DNA of 64,000 nt, taken from assembly GCA_016716005.1 (NCBI GenBank), contig JADJXE010000001.1, positions 2,167,733-2,231,732 on the forward strand. The letters are read 5' to 3'. The notes below the pieces were generated by a model. That model did no database searches, was not told the DNA's origin, and saw nothing but the letters and a program-made list of their open reading frames with translations. How positions within the stretch are numbered: the first letter of the stretch is position 1; every line of letters starts with the position of its first letter. Source of the stretch: Acidimicrobiales bacterium (GTDB taxonomy: Bacteria; Actinomycetota; Acidimicrobiia; Acidimicrobiales; JADJXE01). This document shows, piece by piece, positions 21,038-31,028 of the stretch. The translations under genes and the position numbers were made by a program.

Positions 21038-21766
21038 TCAGTCCCAGCGGAACGTGATCGCGGCCACCGCGGGGGCCAGGACGGCCCAGCCGGCCAGCAC
21101 CAGCCAGGCGGTGGCGGGCACACCGTCGGCGGACCCGATCGTGCCGTGCAGCACCTCGGAGAGCGCGGCCGCGGGCAGCAGCCTGGCCAGCGCCGCGAGC
21201 CCGGCGGGCAGCTCGTCCAGGGGGATCACCATGCCCCCGAGGAGCAGCAGCACGAGGTACAGCCCGTTGAGCGCAGCCAGGTTCACCTCGCCCCGCAGCG
21301 ACCCGGCGAGGGCCAGGCCGATGCCGGCGAAGGCGATGGTGCCCAGCACGATGCCGGCCACGGCCAGGACGGTGCGGCTGCCGGGGCTCCATCCGAGGGC
21401 CAGGGAGATGGGCACCAGCACCACGACCTGGACCCCCTCGAGGGCCACGACCGAGCCCGTCTTGGCCGCCAGCAGTGCCGGCCGTCCCAAGGGGGTCGCC
21501 CCCAGGCGCTTCAGGACGCCGTACTGGCGCTCGAACCCCGTGGCGATGCCCAGGCCGACCATGGCGGTCGACATCACGGCCAGGCCCAGCACGCCTGGGG
21601 CCAGGAAGTCGACCGGGTCCGGCGCGGCCCCCTCCGTGGGCAGGACGTCGACCAGCGAGAAGAAGGCGAGCAGCAGCACCGGGATGCCCAGCGTGAGCAG
21701 CAGCGACTCGCCTCGGCGGAGGGTGAGCACCAGCTCGATGCGCGCCTGCGCCAGGACGGGTCTCAC
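21038..21766 (-). CDS. ABC-2 type transporter permease
   Basis: GTG start VRPVLAQARIELVLTLRRGESLLL... Six hydrophobic segments. GTGA overlap with the upstream ATPase stop. Confidence 0.8.
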   Translation of the reverse strand: MRPVLAQARIELVLTLRRGESLLLTLGIPVLLLAFFSLVDVLPTEGAAPDPVDFLAPGVLGLAVMSTAMVGLGIATGFERQYGVLKRLGATPLGRPALLAAKTGSVVALEGVQVVVLVPISLALGWSPGSRTVLAVAGIVLGTIAFAGIGLALAGSLRGEVNLAALNGLYLVLLLLGGMVIPLDELPAGLAALARLLPAAALSEVLHGTIGSADGVPATAWLVLAGWAVLAPAVAAITFRWD

Positions 21767-22725
21767 CGGCGCCGTCGCCGGGGGCGGCCCGGCGGCGGAG
21801 ACGCCGGCGGCTCGTCGTCCGAGGAGGAGGTGAGGCGGAGGAAGACGTCCTCCAGCCTGCCCCCGGTCCGCAGATCGGTGAGCGGGAGGTCGTGCTGGGC
21901 GAGCCAGGCGGTGAGCGCTGCCACGACCGACGGCGTGCCTGCGGTGGCGACGCGGTAGCGGCCGGAGCCCTCGGCGGTGACCGCGGCGCCGAGCGCGGCG
22001 CCCAGGGCGACCGCGTCGAGGTCGCCGGTGGCCGCGAACCGGAGCTCGGAGGCCTCGGACGCGGCAGCCAGCTGCGCAGGGGTGCCCAGGGCGAGGAGGC
22101 GGCCCCGGTCGACGATCGCCACCCGGTCGGCCACCCGCTCGGCCTCGTCGAGCTCGTGGGTGGTGAGGAGCACGCACACGCCGGCGTCGCGCAGGTCGGT
22201 GATCACGCGGCGGACCACCTGGCGGCCGGCCACGTCGACCCCCGCGGTCGGCTCGTCGAGGAACGCCACCGCGGGGCGGCCCACGAGCGCCAGCGCCAGG
22301 GACAGCCGCTGCTGCTCGCCGCCGGACAGGTGGCGCCACGTGGCGCCGGCGCGACCGGCGAGGCCGACGCGGGCGAGCAGCTCGTCGGGGTCGGTGGGGT
22401 CGTCGTAGTAGGCCGCGAACAGGTGCAGGGACTCCCGGCAGCGGATCCCGGGCATGAGCCCGCCCGACTGGGGCATGACGCCGATGCGGCGCACCACCGC
22501 GGCGTGGTCGCTCACCGGGTCGAGCCCCAGCACCCGCACCGCTCCCCCGTCGGGACGCCGGTACCCCTCGAGGGTCTCGACGGTCGAGGTCTTCCCCGCC
22601 CCGTTCGGCCCGAGGAGCGCCAGCACCTCGCCCGGCTCGACGGAGAGCGACAGGCGGTCGACGGCGGTCAGGTCGCCGTAGCGGACGACCAGGTCGAGCG
22701 CCTCGATCGCGGCAGCACCGGACAC
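21763..22725 (-). CDS. ABC transporter ATP-binding protein (ABC-2/DrrA-like)
   Basis: GTG start VSGAAAIEALDLVVRYG... Has Walker A GPNGAGKTS, signature LSGGEQQRL and Walker B AFLDEPTAGVD. Confidence 0.9.
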   Translation of the reverse strand: MSGAAAIEALDLVVRYGDLTAVDRLSLSVEPGEVLALLGPNGAGKTSTVETLEGYRRPDGGAVRVLGLDPVSDHAAVVRRIGVMPQSGGLMPGIRCRESLHLFAAYYDDPTDPDELLARVGLAGRAGATWRHLSGGEQQRLSLALALVGRPAVAFLDEPTAGVDVAGRQVVRRVITDLRDAGVCVLLTTHELDEAERVADRVAIVDRGRLLALGTPAQLAAASEASELRFAATGDLDAVALGAALGAAVTAEGSGRYRVATAGTPSVVAALTAWLAQHDLPLTDLRTGGRLEDVFLRLTSSSDDEPPASPPPGRPRRRRR

Positions 22726-22821
22726 CGGGGGCGACGCTACCCGTGGCCCCTCGCCGGCCACGAACCGGCTCGGTGGCGGTGCGCCGGGAGCCCGGCGGGG
22801 CGGCGAGTACCGTGCTGGCCC

Positions 22822-24111
22822 ATGATCGACGTCCACCTGCTCCGGACCGATCCCGAGGGGGTGAAGGCCGCCCTGGCCCGTCGCCGGATCGACGTCTCCG
22901 ACGTCGATCGAGCCGCGGCTCTCGACGTCGAGCAGCGCGAGCTGGCCACCCGCCGCGACGAGCTCCGCGCCCGGGTGAAGGGGCTGTCGAAGGAGGTCGG
23001 CCGGCTCCGTGGTGCGGGCCGGGCCGACGAGGCGGCCGCCCTCCAGGACGAGAGCAAGGCGCTGGGCGACGAGGAGCGGTCGCTCGCAGGGCGCGTCGAC
23101 GTGCTCGCCGCCGAGCTCCGCACCCTGCTGCTCGGGCTCCCCAACCTCCCGGCTCCCGAGTGCCCCGACGGCGCCGACGCCGCCGACAACCCGGTGCTGC
23201 GCACCCAGGGGTACGACCCCGCCGCCTACGCGCCGCACCAGCGGGTCGCGCACTGGGACATCGGCGCCGAGCTGGGCATCCTCGACCTCGAGCGGGGCGC
23301 CAAGCTCTCGGGGTCGATGTTCGTCGCCTATCGGGGGTGGGGCGCGCGGCTGGAGCGGGCGCTCGTGCAGCTGGCGCTCGACCGCAACGGCGATGCCTAC
23401 GAGGAGATCCGCCCGCCCACGCTCGTCCGCACCGAGACGGCCACGGCCACCGGGCACCTGCCGAAGTTCTCCGACGAGCTGTACGCGGTGGAGCGTGACG
23501 GTCTCTGGGCCGTCCCCACGGCCGAGGTGCCGCTCACCTCGATGTACCGGGACGAGATCCTGACCGAGGACGAGCTCCCCAAGCGGATGATGGCGTACAC
23601 GTCGTGCTTCCGACGCGAGGCCGGTGCCGCCGGGCGCGACACCCGCGGCCTGCTGCGGGTGCACGAGTTCGACAAGGTCGAGCTGCTGGCCCTCTGCACC
23701 CCCGAGCAGGCCGCCGGCGTGCACGCCGACATCCTCGACCGGGCCGAGCGGATCATCGCCGACCTCGGCCTCGCCCACCGGGTCGTCGACCTGTGCACCG
23801 GCGACCTGTCGGCGTCGTCGGCGCGCACGTTCGACATCGAGGTGTACGCGCCCGGCGTCCACCAGTGGCTGGAGGTGTCGTCGGTGTCGTGGTTCCGCGA
23901 CTACCAGGCCCGCCGGGCGAACCTCCGCTACCGGCCGACGGGCGAGGGGCGGGGCACGGCGGTGCTGCACACCCTCAACGGCTCGGGGCTGGCCGTTCCG
24001 CGCGTGTGGGCGGCCCTGGTCGAGACCCACCGGCAGCCGGACGGCTCGATCCTGCTGCCCGGCGTCCTGCGGCCCCATCTGGGTGGCGCCGAGCGCATCC
24101 CCGCCCGTTAG
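22822..24111 (+). CDS. serS: seryl-tRNA synthetase
   Basis: Start MIDVHLLRTDPEGVKAAL. Class II motifs FRREAGAAGRDTRGLLRVHEFDKVE and TLNGSGLAVPR. The upstream part of track ORF 21892..24111 is a shadow frame. Confidence 0.95.
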   Translation: MIDVHLLRTDPEGVKAALARRRIDVSDVDRAAALDVEQRELATRRDELRARVKGLSKEVGRLRGAGRADEAAALQDESKALGDEERSLAGRVDVLAAELRTLLLGLPNLPAPECPDGADAADNPVLRTQGYDPAAYAPHQRVAHWDIGAELGILDLERGAKLSGSMFVAYRGWGARLERALVQLALDRNGDAYEEIRPPTLVRTETATATGHLPKFSDELYAVERDGLWAVPTAEVPLTSMYRDEILTEDELPKRMMAYTSCFRREAGAAGRDTRGLLRVHEFDKVELLALCTPEQAAGVHADILDRAERIIADLGLAHRVVDLCTGDLSASSARTFDIEVYAPGVHQWLEVSSVSWFRDYQARRANLRYRPTGEGRGTAVLHTLNGSGLAVPRVWAALVETHRQPDGSILLPGVLRPHLGGAERIPAR

Positions 24112-24168
24112 GCCGGCCGCCACCCACGGTTTCGTGGTGCCCGGGGGGCGCGGCTACGGTACGAGCCC

Positions 24169-24294
24169 GTGACCAGGGCACAGTGGATCTTCTCCTTCGC
24201 CCTCGTCGTGGTGTCGCTGATCATCGTGGCTTTCACGGTGTTCGTGGCCCGCACCACGTTCTGGGGTGATCGCTGGTACCGGAGGCGTGGATGA
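24169..24294 (+). CDS. candidate 41-aa single-pass membrane peptide, translationally coupled to sdhC
   Basis: GTG...TGA ORF VTRAQWIFSFALVVVSLIIVAFTVFVARTTFWGDRWYRRRG, not in the track because it is under 60 aa. High GC3. Its stop overlaps the sdhC ATG (ATGA at 24291-24294). One TM helix flanked by Arg residues. Confidence 0.35.
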   Translation: MTRAQWIFSFALVVVSLIIVAFTVFVARTTFWGDRWYRRRG

Positions 24295-24680
24295 GCCGAG
24301 CCAGGGTCGCCAACAGCACGATCTACAAGGGCCGCTCGGGGCAGTGGACCTTCGTGGCCCACCGCACCACCGGCTTCCTCGTCTTCTTCTTCCTGCTGCT
24401 GCACATCATCGACGTGTCGCTGGTGAACGTGGACCCCGAGCTCTACGACGAGGTGCACGAGCTGTACGGCAACGTGTTCCTCCGGCTGTTCACGCTGGGC
24501 CTCCTGTTCGCCCTGTTGTTCCACGCCCTGAACGGCCTGCGGATCATCGCCGTCGACTTCTTCCCCAGGGCCGTGAGGAACGAGCGGGTGCTCACCGGCT
24601 GGGTGGTGTTCCTCACCCTCGCCGCCGGGCTCCCGGTGGCCTGGGTGATCATGTGGCCGTGGCTCGAGGGGCGGTTCTGA
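24291..24680 (+). CDS. sdhC: succinate dehydrogenase cytochrome b subunit
   Basis: 129 aa with three TM helices. HRTTGFLVFFFLLLHI and FHALNGLRII motifs. GGAGG RBS 5 nt upstream. Confidence 0.85.
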   Translation: MSRARVANSTIYKGRSGQWTFVAHRTTGFLVFFFLLLHIIDVSLVNVDPELYDEVHELYGNVFLRLFTLGLLFALLFHALNGLRIIAVDFFPRAVRNERVLTGWVVFLTLAAGLPVAWVIMWPWLEGRF

Positions 24681-25084
24681 TGGCCTCGACCGTGGAGCGC
24701 CCCGGGTCACCGATCGCGCCCAGCGCCCAGCCGGGGCGTCGTCCGCGCCAGAGCTTCGAGACCTGGCAGTGGTTCTTCATGCGGGTGTCGGGCCTGGTGC
24801 TCGTGTTCCTCGCCCTCGGCCACTTCACGATCACCCACGTCATCAACGACGTGGCCGACACCGACTCGGCCTTCGTCGCCAACCGCTGGGACAACCCGGT
24901 CTGGCGGATCTACGACTGGTCCCTGCTGGCCCTGGCCCTGTTCCACGGCCTCAACGGCCTGCGCGTGATCATGGACGACTACATCGCCAGCCCCGGCAAG
25001 CGGGCGGCCACCAAGGCGCTGCTCTACGCCGTGAGCTTCGGTCTGTTCGCCTACGGCACGCTGACGATCGTCACCTTCGGCTGA
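24680..25084 (+). CDS. sdhD: succinate dehydrogenase hydrophobic membrane anchor subunit
   Basis: Start MASTVERPGS... overlapping the sdhC stop (TGATG). Carries MRVSGLVLVFLALGHFTITH and FHGLNGLRVIMDDY. Confidence 0.85.
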   Translation: MASTVERPGSPIAPSAQPGRRPRQSFETWQWFFMRVSGLVLVFLALGHFTITHVINDVADTDSAFVANRWDNPVWRIYDWSLLALALFHGLNGLRVIMDDYIASPGKRAATKALLYAVSFGLFAYGTLTIVTFG

Positions 25085-25109
25085 CCCGGCGCCGCCGCAA
25101 CGACCGCGG

Positions 25110-26345
25110 TCACGCCACCGACAGCCGGAGGGGGACCGTCGACGGGGAGCGGTCCGAGATGTTCGGCTTCCAGGTGGGTGGCCCCGCGGGCTGCAGGTCG
25201 GGGAACGCGGCGAAGAGCCGCGGCAGCGCGACCCGGAGCTCCAGGCGGGCGAGGGATGCGCCGAGGCAGAAGTGGACGCCGTGCCCGAACGCGAGGTGGG
25301 GGTTGGGGGAGCGGTCGAGCCGGAGCTCGTCGGGGGCGTCGAACACGCGGGGGTCGCGATTGGCGGCGAGGATCGTGAGGAACACCGCCTCGCCGGGTTC
25401 GAGGTGCCGCCCGCCGAGCGCGAGCGGTTCGGCGACCTGGCGCATCATCGCCTTGGCCGAGCCCTCGAAGCGCAGCAGCTCCTCGATGGCGCGGTCGAGG
25501 TCGACCGCGCCTGCCGCGAAGCGTGCCCGCTGGTCGGGGTGGTCGCAGAGGGCGAGCGTGGCCGACGAGAGGAGCGACGCCGTGGTGTCGTGCCCGGCGA
25601 ACAGGAGCAGCGAGCAGGCGCCGAGCACCTCGAGGTCGTCGAGCTCGCCGGAGCGGGCCAGGGCACTCACCAGGTCGTCTCGCGGATCGGCTCGGCGCTG
25701 TGCCAGCAGCTCGCCCAGGTGGTGGTGGAACTCCTCGCCGGCCGAGCGGGCGACCTCCTCGTAGTCGGGGCGGCGGGTGGCGCCGAACACGACCACGCCG
25801 AACCGGGCCGACCAGTCGGTGAGCCACGGACGAAGGTCGGCGGGCACCCCGAACAGCTCGGCGATCACGGCCGCGGGGAGCGGGTGCGAGAAGGCCTCGA
25901 CCAGATCCACGGTGTCGCTGCCACGGCGAGCGGCCATCCGGTCGAGCAGGTCGTCGCAGATCGTCTCCACGTCGGCGCGCAGCGACGACACGGCCCTGGG
26001 CGTGAACCGCCGCTGGAACGGTGCGCGCAGGCGGGTGTGCTCGGGCGGGTCGTGGAAGAGCATCCACCCGTTCAGCAGCTCGATCGCCCTGGCCAGCGCG
26101 TCGGCCCGCGACCCGCTGAGGCGGGCCGAGAACGCACCGATCCGATCGGTCGAGAGCTCGGGTGCCCGGAACGCAGCATCCAGCTCCGGATGGCCGGTGA
26201 CGACCCAGGCGTGGTGCCGCTCGCTCCAGGCCACCGGGCCCAGCTCGTCGCGCACCCGTGCGAAGTACCCGTGCGGTCGTTCGATCGCCTCGGGATCGAG
26301 GAAGTCGATGTCGGGCACGCCCGTGGTCTCCGTCCGGCGGCTCAT
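25110..26345 (-). CDS. cytochrome P450
   Basis: Start [20 protein letters not shown]-helix LLLFAGHDTT, ExxR ELLR, and heme loop FGHGVHFCLGASLAR. Confidence 0.93.
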   Translation of the reverse strand: MSRRTETTGVPDIDFLDPEAIERPHGYFARVRDELGPVAWSERHHAWVVTGHPELDAAFRAPELSTDRIGAFSARLSGSRADALARAIELLNGWMLFHDPPEHTRLRAPFQRRFTPRAVSSLRADVETICDDLLDRMAARRGSDTVDLVEAFSHPLPAAVIAELFGVPADLRPWLTDWSARFGVVVFGATRRPDYEEVARSAGEEFHHHLGELLAQRRADPRDDLVSALARSGELDDLEVLGACSLLLFAGHDTTASLLSSATLALCDHPDQRARFAAGAVDLDRAIEELLRFEGSAKAMMRQVAEPLALGGRHLEPGEAVFLTILAANRDPRVFDAPDELRLDRSPNPHLAFGHGVHFCLGASLARLELRVALPRLFAAFPDLQPAGPPTWKPNISDRSPSTVPLRLSVA

Positions 26346-27055
26346 CGCATCCTGAGGGCGCCGTCGAGGCGGATGACGGTGCCGTTGAGCATCGTGTTCT
26401 CGACGACGTGCTGGGCGAGGGCGGCGAACTCGCCGGGCTGGCCGAACCGGTGGGGGAACGGCGTCTCCGCGGCCAGCTGGTCGGCGTAGGCGGGGGGCAT
26501 CGACGCCACCATCGGGGTGGCGAACGAGCCGGGAGCGATCGACACGACCCGGATCCCGAGGGGCGCCAGGTCGCGGGCGACGGGCAGGGTCATGCCGGCC
26601 ACGCCGGCCTTGGCGGCCGAGTAGGCGGCCCCGCCGGTGACGCCGTCGAAGGCGGCGATCGACGAGGTGGTGACGATCACGCCTCGCTCGCCGGCGTCGT
26701 CGACCGGCTCGAGCCGGCTCATCGCCCACGCGGCCAGGCGCACGCAGTTGAACGTGCCGATCAGGTTGACCCGCACGATCCGCTCGAACACGTCGAGATC
26801 GTGAGGGCCCTGCCGGCGCACCGTCCGGTGGCCGGCGGCGGGTACGCCGGCGCAGCACACCAGCACCCGGAGCTCGCCGAGCCGATCGACGACGGCGGCG
26901 ACGGCGTCGGGGTCGCACACGTCGACCGGCGGCTCGCCACGCAGGTCGATCGTGGTCACCCGGGAGCCGGCCGAGGCCAGCCGCTGGGCCGTCGCCGCGC
27001 CGAGGCCGGACGAGCCGCCGGTCACCAGCGCGTCGACCCCGTCGAGGTGCATCAC
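26342..27055 (-). CDS. short-chain dehydrogenase/reductase (3-hydroxyacyl-CoA dehydrogenase-like)
   Basis: TGGSSGLG cofactor motif and YSAAKAG catalytic motif. ATGA overlap with the P450 start. Confidence 0.88.
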   Translation of the reverse strand: MMHLDGVDALVTGGSSGLGAATAQRLASAGSRVTTIDLRGEPPVDVCDPDAVAAVVDRLGELRVLVCCAGVPAAGHRTVRRQGPHDLDVFERIVRVNLIGTFNCVRLAAWAMSRLEPVDDAGERGVIVTTSSIAAFDGVTGGAAYSAAKAGVAGMTLPVARDLAPLGIRVVSIAPGSFATPMVASMPPAYADQLAAETPFPHRFGQPGEFAALAQHVVENTMLNGTVIRLDGALRMR

Positions 27056-27233
27056 CCGCAGTCTTGCCGACCCGGCTCGCCGTGGCTGTCGTGAGGAGCG
27101 GCGGTGCCGGGATCCCGTGCGACTGTCCCGGACCTGACGGGACTTTTGCCCCTGGGGTGACCCCCGCCACCCGACCTACGGTCGCAGACGGACCGGCCGT
27201 TCGGCCGTGCTCTGCCCTGGGTGGGGGTGACCC

Positions 27234-29726
27234 ATGAAGTTCTGGCGAGCCAGCGCCGAGATCATCGGTCGGCGCTACAAGGTCGTGATCCTGGTGGCGG
27301 TGCTGCTGGCCGCCGTGACGGCGTTCGGGCTCCCCCGCCTGGAGTTCGCGACGGGACAGGACTCGATCATCCCGGCGGGCTCGCAGGTCTACAAGGACAA
27401 CCTCGTCTACCAGGGGCAGTTCGGAGGCGAGCCGATGCTCGCCCTGTGGACGGGGCCCATCGAGGAGGTCTTCAGCGAGGAGAACCTCCCCAGGATCCAG
27501 GCCGTCGAGCAGGCGCTCATCGACGACGGCCGCTACGCGGCCGTGCTCGGGCCCTACCAGTCGCTGCAGTACGCGGCCGACCAGCTACCGATCCTCGAGG
27601 CCGACCTGCTGCCGGCCACGATCGAGACGGTGGCCGAGGAGGCCCGCCAGGAGGCCCTCGCCGGTGGAGCGACCGAGGCGGAGGCCGACGCGGCCGCGGC
27701 CGAGGCGTCGGCGGTCCGCACCGACGAGCTGCTGGCCGAGGCGGCGCGGCTCAACGAGGCCGCGCCCACGCCGGAGTCCCGCACCTTCGCCAACCCCGAG
27801 TTCGTGGAGTTCCTGCTCTACGAGGGCGACGGCGACATCCGGCCGATCCTGCGGGACAACTTCCCCGACCCCAACCACGCGCTGATGATCGTCCGGCTCC
27901 CGGGGAACGCCGAGCTGAAGACCCTCGGCCCCGACTCCGACCTGGTGAGGGAGCTGGTCGACCAGAACGCGCTGAGCGGCTTCGACTCCGTGGTGTCGGG
28001 ACCTCCCCGCTACCTCAAGGACATCAACGACTACCTCCAGGGGGGCATGGCCACGCTGGGCGGCATCGCGGTGCTGGTGATGGTGGTCGTGCTGGCGCTG
28101 GTGTTCCGGGTGCGCTGGCGGCTGCTGTCGCTCGCCATCGTCACGGTGGGGTCGATCTGGGCCTTCGGGATCATGGGCTTCGTCGACATCCCCCTGTCGA
28201 TGGTGACCATCTCGGGGTTCCCCATCCTGATCGGCCTGGGCGTCGACTTCTCCATCCAGATGCACAGCCGCTTCGAGGAGGAGGTCACCTCCGACGGCGA
28301 CGCGAACCGGTCGCGGCGCATGACCATGATGCACATGGGCCCGCCGCTGCTGGTGGCCATGCTCGCCGCCGCCATCGGGTTCCTCGCCCTCCAGCTGTCG
28401 CAGGTGCCGATGATCCGCACCTTCGGGTGGATGCTGATCATCGGCGTCATCGCCCTGGTGACGGCCGCGATCTTCCTGCCCACGTCGTTCCTCACCTGGC
28501 GGGAGCACGCCAAGCCCACCGTGCCGCACCGCGGTGCCGTGCGGAGCAAGTGGCTCGAGCGGGTCGTGGGCGCCCTCACGTCGATGAAGCCCAAGGCCCT
28601 GGGCCCGATCATGCTCGTCGGGGTGGCCATCATCGTCGGCTGGGTGCTCACCGACGGCCAGTTCACGATCCAGACCGATGCCGAGAAGTGGGTGAACCAG
28701 CAGAGCGACACCATCGAGGAGCTGAAGGAGCTGCGCGAGGGCACCGGCTTCTCGTCGGAGCTGGGCGTGCTCATCGAGGCACCCGACGTCACCGCCACCG
28801 AGGTGCAGCAGTGGATGAACGAGTTCGCCGCGGCCCAGGTGGGCCAGCACCCTGCGGTGCTGCTGCGGTACACGAGCCTCCCCGCCATCGTGCAGGCAGC
28901 CACCAACGTCCCTCCGACCGAGGAGTCGCTCAACGCGCTCCTGCCGGTCACGCCGGAGCAGGTCCGCATCTCGCTCCTGAGCGACGACCTGACCAAGGCG
29001 AACCTGGTGTTCCCGATCGGGCCGGTGTCGCTCGACGAGCGGGGGGTGATGCTCGAGGAGTTCGAGGCCGACCTGAACGGTGATCTGGCCCCCCCGGAGG
29101 GGGTGACGGCCACCCCGTCGGGGCTCGGCGTCACCGGCGTGCAGCTGGTGGAGAGCCTCGAGGCCAACCGCACCACCATGACCTGGCTCGCCCTCGGCCT
29201 GGTGGCCCTGTGGCTCCTGGTCTTCTATCGCAGCATCGCCATGATGGTGCTGCCGCTCATCCCGGTGATGATCGCCGTGGGCCTGTCGTCGATCGCGATC
29301 TTCCTGATGGGCCTCGAGCTCAGCCCGCTCACCACGGTCACCGGCCCGCTGGTGATCGCGGTGTGCACCGAGTTCACGGTGCTGATCCAGACCCGGTACG
29401 TGGAGGAACGCCAGGAGGGGAGGCATCCCGAGGAGGCCGTGCGCATCGCCAGCCTCCGCATCGGGCGGGCCTTCGTGGCCTCCGGCCTCACCCTGCTCGG
29501 CGGGTTCGGCGTGCTCGCCTTCTCCAGCCTGCCGCTGCTGCGCGACTTCGGCATCGTCGTGGCCGTGAAGGTGCTGGCCGCCCTGCTGTCGGCCCTGGTG
29601 GTGCTGCCGCCGCTGCTCGTCTACGCCGACAAGCACCAGAGCTGGACCCGCTTCCACCCCCAGCGGGGCAACCACCCGGACCGGGTGCCCGAGGCCGAGC
29701 AGGCCGTCGTCACCTCGTCGGGCTGA
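27234..29726 (+). CDS. MMPL/RND-superfamily membrane transporter
   Basis: 830 aa with two repeats of a large extracytoplasmic loop followed by a six-helix bundle (GVDFSIQMHSRFEEE; VCTEFTVLIQTRYVEE). Confidence 0.85.
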   Translation: MKFWRASAEIIGRRYKVVILVAVLLAAVTAFGLPRLEFATGQDSIIPAGSQVYKDNLVYQGQFGGEPMLALWTGPIEEVFSEENLPRIQAVEQALIDDGRYAAVLGPYQSLQYAADQLPILEADLLPATIETVAEEARQEALAGGATEAEADAAAAEASAVRTDELLAEAARLNEAAPTPESRTFANPEFVEFLLYEGDGDIRPILRDNFPDPNHALMIVRLPGNAELKTLGPDSDLVRELVDQNALSGFDSVVSGPPRYLKDINDYLQGGMATLGGIAVLVMVVVLALVFRVRWRLLSLAIVTVGSIWAFGIMGFVDIPLSMVTISGFPILIGLGVDFSIQMHSRFEEEVTSDGDANRSRRMTMMHMGPPLLVAMLAAAIGFLALQLSQVPMIRTFGWMLIIGVIALVTAAIFLPTSFLTWREHAKPTVPHRGAVRSKWLERVVGALTSMKPKALGPIMLVGVAIIVGWVLTDGQFTIQTDAEKWVNQQSDTIEELKELREGTGFSSELGVLIEAPDVTATEVQQWMNEFAAAQVGQHPAVLLRYTSLPAIVQAATNVPPTEESLNALLPVTPEQVRISLLSDDLTKANLVFPIGPVSLDERGVMLEEFEADLNGDLAPPEGVTATPSGLGVTGVQLVESLEANRTTMTWLALGLVALWLLVFYRSIAMMVLPLIPVMIAVGLSSIAIFLMGLELSPLTTVTGPLVIAVCTEFTVLIQTRYVEERQEGRHPEEAVRIASLRIGRAFVASGLTLLGGFGVLAFSSLPLLRDFGIVVAVKVLAALLSALVVLPPLLVYADKHQSWTRFHPQRGNHPDRVPEAEQAVVTSSG

Positions 29727-30840
29727 CCGACGCCGACGAGGGGACGGCCCTCCGGGCGGCGAGCACCAGCCGCTCGGGGGTCAGCACCCCGAGGTAGGTG
29801 TCGTCGCGGTCGAGCACGGCCACCCAGCCGGCGTCGTACAGCAGCATCTCGGAGAAGGCGTCCTTGAGGCTGGCGTCGACGTAGACGAACGCCTCGAGGC
29901 GTCGCAGGCGGTCGCCCACCACGCCCCCGCCCTCGGCACGGGACTCGCTGAGGTACCCACGGAGCCGGCGTTCTTCGTCGAGCACCACGGCGACCTCGAG
30001 GTGGTGCTCGGCGAGCCGCCGGCGGGCCTCGTCGAGCGGGGTGCCCACCGTCACCTCGAGGGGCTGCTCCAGGTCGAGGGGGTCGATCGGGGTGACCTTC
30101 AGCCGCTTGAGGCCGCGGTCGGCGCCCACGAAGTCCGCGACGAAGTCGGAGGCCGGGCCGGCGAGGATCTCCGACGGCGTCCCCGTCTGGGCCAGCACGC
30201 CACCCTCGGCGAGGATGGCGATGCGGTCGCCCAGCTTCACCGCCTCCTCGACGTCGTGGGTGACGAAGAGCACGGTCTTGCCCAGCTCGGCCTGCAGCCG
30301 CAGGAACTCGTTCTGCAGCCGGTCCCTGGTGATGGGGTCGATGGCGCCGAAGGGCTCGTCCATCAGGAGCACCGGCGGGTCGGCGCCGAGCGCCCGGGCG
30401 ACGCCGACGCGCTGCTGCTGCCCACCGGAAAGCTGGTGGGGGTAGCGGTCGCGATAGGTGGGTGGGTCGAGGCCCACGAGCTGGAGCAGCTCGTCGACGC
30501 GGTCGCGGATCCGGGCCCGGTCCCAGCGGAGGAGCCGGGGCACCGTGGCCACGTTGGCGCCGATCGTCTGGTGCGGGAACAGGCCGACGTGCTGGATCAC
30601 GTACCCGATGCGGCGGCGGAGCTGCACCGGATCGACGTGGGTGACGTCGTCCCCGCCGAGCAGGATCCGACCCGACGTCGGCTCGATCAGGCGGTTGACC
30701 ATCCGCATGGTCGTCGTCTTGCCGCAGCCCGACGGCCCGACGAGCACGCAGATCTCACCTTCGGGCACCTCCAGGGAGAGGTCCCGCACGGCGACGTGCC
30801 CGTTCGGGTAGCGCTTGGAGACGCCGTCCAGCGTGATCAC
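29710..30840 (-). CDS. osmoprotectant (glycine betaine/choline-type) ABC transporter ATP-binding protein with CBS pair
   Basis: Walker A GPSGCGKTT, signature LSGGQQQRV, Walker B LLMDEPFGAID, and a C-terminal ~120-aa CBS-like region. Divergent from the cognate permeases. Confidence 0.88.
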   Translation of the reverse strand: MITLDGVSKRYPNGHVAVRDLSLEVPEGEICVLVGPSGCGKTTTMRMVNRLIEPTSGRILLGGDDVTHVDPVQLRRRIGYVIQHVGLFPHQTIGANVATVPRLLRWDRARIRDRVDELLQLVGLDPPTYRDRYPHQLSGGQQQRVGVARALGADPPVLLMDEPFGAIDPITRDRLQNEFLRLQAELGKTVLFVTHDVEEAVKLGDRIAILAEGGVLAQTGTPSEILAGPASDFVADFVGADRGLKRLKVTPIDPLDLEQPLEVTVGTPLDEARRRLAEHHLEVAVVLDEERRLRGYLSESRAEGGGVVGDRLRRLEAFVYVDASLKDAFSEMLLYDAGWVAVLDRDDTYLGVLTPERLVLAARRAVPSSASVSPTR

Positions 30841-31028
30841 GCCGGGCGGCGCCCCTGCCGCTCGCCGGCGGCGTCCCCATGCGAACCCATCGGGGCAAGG
30901 CTACTGTCGGGTCCTCGCCGGCGACCTGGGTCGCGAACCGCCCCGGCCTCCCGGAGGAGACGACAGGCACTGGACGACGACCGCCGCGAGGCCATCCGCC
31001 ACGTCACCCGGGTGAGGCACCTCGGGCC

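Noticed and set aside
21892-22821. N-terminal 310 aa of the 739-aa ORF containing serS, and the 786-aa ORF 21763..24123 (-) beyond residue 320 from its C-terminus.
   Set aside because: Each is antisense to a well-supported gene (the ABC ATPase and serS respectively). Sensible internal starts give normal-length proteins.
25085-25110. Absence of sdhA and sdhB read as evidence that sdhCD are pseudogenes or that the contig is misassembled.
   Set aside because: Both sdhC and sdhD are full length, with conserved His-containing helices and coupled starts. The junction to the convergent P450 gene is clean. Relocation of sdhAB is the simpler reading, and it cannot be tested within this window.
27056-27233. 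Short inverted repeat GTCCCG-N7-CGGGAC in the SDR/MMPL divergent region, considered as a regulator operator.
   Set aside because: The arms are only 6 bp in GC-rich DNA and no regulator gene is adjacent, so chance occurrence is likely.
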